DNA from: Cyanophyceae cyanobacterium
Lineage (GTDB): Bacteria; Cyanobacteriota; Cyanobacteriia; Cyanobacteriales; Laspinemataceae
DNA: 64,000 bases
Reading direction: 5' to 3'
Assembly (NCBI GenBank): GCA_038321985.1
Contig: JBBQFN010000011.1
Location: forward strand, 1 to 64,000
Made by a program: the position numbers and the translations under genes. The first letter of the stretch is position 1. The number at the start of each line of letters is the position of its first letter. Positions 59,716 to 64,000 of the stretch are shown piece after piece. The notes under the pieces are model-generated. The model was not told the origin of the DNA, did no database searches, and saw only the letters and a program-made list of their open reading frames with translations.

Positions 59716-62700
59716 ATGACCCGGCAGAATGCCAAAGCTACCAGTCCCTCTTTATCCTGGACCCAACACCCGATTACCGTTTTGCTAATTGATGATCAAC
59801 CGATTATCGGTGAGGCAGTCAGTCGGATGCTTGCGCCTGAAGAAGATATCATTTTCCACTACTGCCAGGACCCGTTGGACGGCGTTCGACAAGCGACTGA
59901 AATTTCTCCTACGGTGATTCTCCAAGATTTAGTCATGCCCGATGTGGATGGGCTGTTGTTGCTGCGTTTTTTTCGCGCCAATGCCGCCACCCGTGAAATT
60001 CCCATGATTGTACTTTCAGTGAAAGAAGAGGCAAAGCTGAAAGCGGAGGCGTTTGCCGCCGGTGCCAATGATTATCTCGTTAAGCTGCCGGACCCGATCG
60101 AACTGATTGCCCGAATTCGCTACCATTCTCAAGCCTATATTAATCGCCTACAACGGGACGAGACCTATCTAGCACTCCAGGAAAGCGAACAGCGCCTGCG
60201 CGGGGTTCTGGAAAATATGCCGGTGATGTTGACCGCATTTGATGCCGAGGGAAATATAATCGTCTGGAACCGTGAGTGTGAAAGAGTCACCGGATATTCT
60301 GCTGCTGAAATTATTGGCAATCCCCAGGCAAAACACCTGTTCTCAGAACATTCCGCACAGAGTGGGATCTCTAGCGAGTTAAATACCTCTTCTGTTTCGC
60401 CTATTGTAAAGCCTTTGCCGGCGGTGAATACCCTGCGGGATGCCATCATTGAAGAAGTCAATAAAGCGCGTAATAATTCCCGGGCGAGGGAATGGCAAAT
60501 CACTTGCAAAGATGGCATCATCAAAACTGTAGCTTGGTCTAATATTAGCACACGCTTTCCGATCGCCAGTTGGTCAGGATGGGGCATTGGTATCGATATA
60601 ACGGAACGCAAACAAGCAGAAATTGCTCAAGAACAAGAATACCAGCAACTCCGGCAATTTATCAAAAATGCCCCGATCGCCATGGCAATGTTTGATACAA
60701 AAATGCGCTTTTTAGCCTACAGCAACCAATGGCTTACCGATCATAATCTCGTTTCCCAAAGTCTGCTGGGTTGCAGCTACTATGAAATCTTTCCCGATGT
60801 CAAAGAAGACTGGAAAGAAATTCACCAACAAGGATTACAAGGAAAATTTATTTCCCGCACTGAAGATAGATGGGAGCGGGAGGATGGTTCGGTTTTATAC
60901 TTTCGCTGGGCGGTTCAACCTTGGTATGTTAATCCCTTCAATGCGTCGGAAGATGGAGAGGCGATCGGCGGTCTAATTGTGGTGGCCGATCGCGTAGATG
61001 AATTGATCCAAGCCCGGGAAGCCGCCCTAGAAGCCACTCAAGCCAAATCACAATTTCTCGCTAATATGAGCCATGAAATCCGCACCCCTATGCATGGCGT
61101 CCTGGGGATGGCTGGGTTGATGCTCCATACAGAACTCACTCCTAAGCAACGGGAATATGCTGCAACTATTCGGATTTCTGCCAAACATTTACTCGGAATT
61201 ATTAATGATATTCTCGATTTTTCCAAGCTAGAAGCGGGAGAAATGCACCTAGAAAGTTTGAATTTCGATTTACATAAATGTTTGCAGGAAGTGGTAAATT
61301 TATTTCAACCCCAGGCAGAAGACAGAGGGATTTCCATAAAAATTAATTTTGAAGAAAATTTACCCCGATTTGTGCGAGGTGACCCCAGCCGATTGCGCCA
61401 AATTTTACTCAATTTAGTCAGCAATGCGGTTAAATTTACGGAGTCAGGTTTTATTTCTATAGAAGCCAAATTACAAGAAAAAAGTGAACTTCAGACGCGC
61501 ATCTATTTTCAAGTCACCGATACGGGAATTGGAATTCCTCCCGAAGCCCTGGCTACCCTATTTCAATCTTTCTCCCAGGTTGACACCTCCACCAGTCGGC
61601 AGTATGGCGGAACGGGATTAGGACTGGCAATTTGTGAGCAATTAGTCTCGATTATGCAAGGGGAAATTGGCGTGATTAGCGAAGTAGATCAGGGTTCAAC
61701 GTTTTGGTTTACCCTCCAATTTCAGTACACCAATTATCCAGAAAATCTGGGGGAATACTCGGAAAAAAATGAATTAGAATTTCCCCCCAGAATAGGCGAT
61801 CGCCCATTTTTTGCCCCGCAAAAGAGCCTTAAAATTTTGGTAGCTGAAGATCATCTCATTAATCAAACCGTTATCCTCTCTCAGCTTGAAACCTTAGGCT
61901 ACCAGGCTGATTGTGTATCCAATGGTCTAGAAGCCTTAAAATGTCTAGAAGCACAAAATTATGATATCGTTTTGATGGATTGCCAGATGCCATTGATGGA
62001 TGGTTATACGGCCACTCGCGAGTTACGTCAGCGGGAGGGCAATCAAAATCGCACCGTTGTGATTGCCTTGACGGCCCATGCGATGAAAGCCGATCGCGAG
62101 AAATGTTTGGCTTCGGGTATGGATGATTATTTAAGCAAACCTGTAGATGAAGAGGATTTAGCCCGAATTATGCAGTATTGGGCTGAGAAAATCCCCCTGA
62201 GCAATTTGAATAATTCCAGGCGGATTACGGAGGAAATACAGCCTTTAAATTCAGCAACTGCTCCAGGACGTGAGGACCCAGTTTCCCGGGTCTCCCATAA
62301 TGGGGATAATGAGGTTTCGGCTCCCTTAAAGCCCTACTCCTCAACTACAAATGGCAAGGGTTCGGGAATCGGACCGCCGGATTTTCCCTCACCGATCGAT
62401 CATGAACGCTTAGAAAGAATTTCTCGGGGTAAAATCTCTGTTAAGCGGCAACTACTCCAAATGTTTCTGGACACAGCCTCTCAAGATTTACAGCCTTTAG
62501 AACAGGCGATCGCAGCCCAAGACTATTCTCAAATCAAATATTTTGCCCATCGCCTGAAAGGTTCGGCTGCAAATATGGGAGTTCCAATTCTCTCTGAGCG
62601 CGCGCAGGAACTGGAAAAAATGGCCTGCCAAGAAAGTTTAGATGGCTCAACTGAACTCTTAGACTCGTTTCGGGAACTCCTCAATGCGGTGGATGAATTT

Positions 62701-62721
62701 ATTGAAACGGAACTGAATTGA
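59716..62721 (+). CDS. Hybrid histidine kinase REC-PAS-PAS-HisKA-HATPase-REC-Hpt
   Basis: LLIDDQ...QDLVMP, two PAS regions, SHEIRTP, GGTGLGL, LMDCQMP, Hpt [11 protein letters not shown] 59716 preferred over the track start at 59641. Confidence 0.92.
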   Translation: MTRQNAKATSPSLSWTQHPITVLLIDDQPIIGEAVSRMLAPEEDIIFHYCQDPLDGVRQATEISPTVILQDLVMPDVDGLLLLRFFRANAATREIPMIVLSVKEEAKLKAEAFAAGANDYLVKLPDPIELIARIRYHSQAYINRLQRDETYLALQESEQRLRGVLENMPVMLTAFDAEGNIIVWNRECERVTGYSAAEIIGNPQAKHLFSEHSAQSGISSELNTSSVSPIVKPLPAVNTLRDAIIEEVNKARNNSRAREWQITCKDGIIKTVAWSNISTRFPIASWSGWGIGIDITERKQAEIAQEQEYQQLRQFIKNAPIAMAMFDTKMRFLAYSNQWLTDHNLVSQSLLGCSYYEIFPDVKEDWKEIHQQGLQGKFISRTEDRWEREDGSVLYFRWAVQPWYVNPFNASEDGEAIGGLIVVADRVDELIQAREAALEATQAKSQFLANMSHEIRTPMHGVLGMAGLMLHTELTPKQREYAATIRISAKHLLGIINDILDFSKLEAGEMHLESLNFDLHKCLQEVVNLFQPQAEDRGISIKINFEENLPRFVRGDPSRLRQILLNLVSNAVKFTESGFISIEAKLQEKSELQTRIYFQVTDTGIGIPPEALATLFQSFSQVDTSTSRQYGGTGLGLAICEQLVSIMQGEIGVISEVDQGSTFWFTLQFQYTNYPENLGEYSEKNELEFPPRIGDRPFFAPQKSLKILVAEDHLINQTVILSQLETLGYQADCVSNGLEALKCLEAQNYDIVLMDCQMPLMDGYTATRELRQREGNQNRTVVIALTAHAMKADREKCLASGMDDYLSKPVDEEDLARIMQYWAEKIPLSNLNNSRRITEEIQPLNSATAPGREDPVSRVSHNGDNEVSAPLKPYSSTTNGKGSGIGPPDFPSPIDHERLERISRGKISVKRQLLQMFLDTASQDLQPLEQAIAAQDYSQIKYFAHRLKGSAANMGVPILSERAQELEKMACQESLDGSTELLDSFRELLNAVDEFIETELN

Positions 62722-62773
62722 AGTTTTCTCTTACCGTTACTGGAAAATATTTTATTTTTCTTTTTTCTGAAAA

Positions 62774-64000
62774 TTAGGCGATCACCCGATGTTCCAAGGC
62801 CCGGATTGGAAAGTCTCGGTTCTCCCCTTCTAGCAGCATCGTGGAAGCGTTTGAGTTCAGCCCACCCCCTTCTAAATTCCCCTCTTCGGAAACGGGGTCT
62901 AGATGTAAAGGTAGCACAATTTTAAACTCAGTTCCCTCCCCAACTATTGAGGTATAGGTAAAGGATCCGTGATGCTTTTCCACAATAATGTGATAGCTAA
63001 TGGACAATCCCAGTCCCGTACCTTTGCCAACGGGTTTCGTGGTGAAAAATGGTTCAAATAGCCGGTCTTGAATCTCCGCTGGTATTCCCTGCCCGTTATC
63101 TGCGATCCGAATCACGAGGGAATCATTCTGGAGTTCGGTATAAATGGTAATGGTGGGGACTCTAGGGATAAGACTCAGGCCTAGCGATCGCCCCGTCTCA
63201 TCCCCCGTTTTGCATTCCGGGGGATTCACCATTTCCAAAGCATCGATTGCATTGCCAATCAGATTAATAAAGACTTGATTGAGTTGTCCAATACAGCAAT
63301 TTATTGCCGGGAGTTCCCCATACACTTTCACTAATTGAACCCGAGAGGCTTTGAGCCGATGTTGTAATATAACTAAACTACTATCAATACCTTGATGAAT
63401 ATCTACAAGTATTCTCCGCCCTTGATCCATTCGAGAGAAGTTCCTCATATCGTTAGAAATTTCTTGGATGCGATCGACCCCAACTTTCAGAGACGACATC
63501 AAATTCGGTAAATCCTCCTGAATAAACTCCCACTCTATTTTTTCCGTAAACTCTTGAACCTCTAGACTCGGGTTAGGATCTAACTTTTGGTAGAGTTGCA
63601 ATAAGGTTAATAAATCCTGAGTATATTGACTGGCATGAACAATATTACCCGAAATAAACTGTAGCGGATTGTTAATTTCATGGGCAATACCTGCCACCAA
63701 TTGCCCTAGGGCGGACATTTTTTCCGCATGAATCAGTTGCGTTTGAGTTTTTTGAAGGTTTTCTATGGTTTGTTGCAGCTCTTTGGTTCGTTCCTCTACT
63801 CGCTGTTCCAAAGATTCATGCATCCGTTGCAGTTCCCTATAGGCTTCCTGCTGTTTTAAAAAATTAATATATCCCTTAGAGTGATAGCGGATCCGGGCAA
63901 TCAATTCGATAGGATCTGGAAATTTGATTAAGTAGTCACTGGCACCGGCAGCAAATGCTTCTCCCTTGAGGCTAACTTGTTCCTCCGTGGAAAGCACTAA
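62774..64000 (-). CDS. REC-histidine kinase (5' end outside the window)
   Basis: C-terminal half of a REC domain ([27 protein letters not shown]), AHEINNP, NQVFINLIGNA, GKGTGLGLS. Confidence 0.9.
   Translation of the reverse strand, partial: LVLSTEEQVSLKGEAFAAGASDYLIKFPDPIELIARIRYHSKGYINFLKQQEAYRELQRMHESLEQRVEERTKELQQTIENLQKTQTQLIHAEKMSALGQLVAGIAHEINNPLQFISGNIVHASQYTQDLLTLLQLYQKLDPNPSLEVQEFTEKIEWEFIQEDLPNLMSSLKVGVDRIQEISNDMRNFSRMDQGRRILVDIHQGIDSSLVILQHRLKASRVQLVKVYGELPAINCCIGQLNQVFINLIGNAIDALEMVNPPECKTGDETGRSLGLSLIPRVPTITIYTELQNDSLVIRIADNGQGIPAEIQDRLFEPFFTTKPVGKGTGLGLSISYHIIVEKHHGSFTYTSIVGEGTEFKIVLPLHLDPVSEEGNLEGGGLNSNASTMLLEGENRDFPIRALEHRVIA

Noticed and set aside
1..64000. tRNA, rRNA, prophage, intact transposase, or defence-system genes; the many antisense ORFs in the track
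   Set aside because: None was recognisable by eye. The antisense ORFs lie within well-supported genes.

Overview
A 64-kb chromosomal window from a cyanobacterium. The evidence is psaM, petB/petD, ctpA and very frequent HIP1 GCGATCGC octamers; the signalling and CHAT content suggests a filamentous, Oscillatoriales-like lineage (inference). It is mostly core and housekeeping genes (mutY, cax, scpA, cugP-like, speA, ndk, dusB, rel, patD, moeB) mixed with surface-polysaccharide genes and many large signalling proteins. I recognised no tRNA, rRNA or CRISPR array. Two small genes are absent from the ORF track: psaM and a 37-aa membrane ORF behind a perfect NtcA box. The most unusual items are: (1) a PlsY-like membrane domain fused to a rifampin-phosphotransferase-type dikinase; (2) two convergent histidine kinases with WspR-type receiver domains, predicting a Wsp-like chemosensory cluster past the right edge; (3) a HepA-like ABC exporter with a His-less HisKA-like tail; (4) a TPS/CHAT protease with 18 extensin-like polyproline repeats; (5) a polysaccharide gene apparently broken by an IS end at the left edge. 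All family calls come from motif recognition only; no searches were run.
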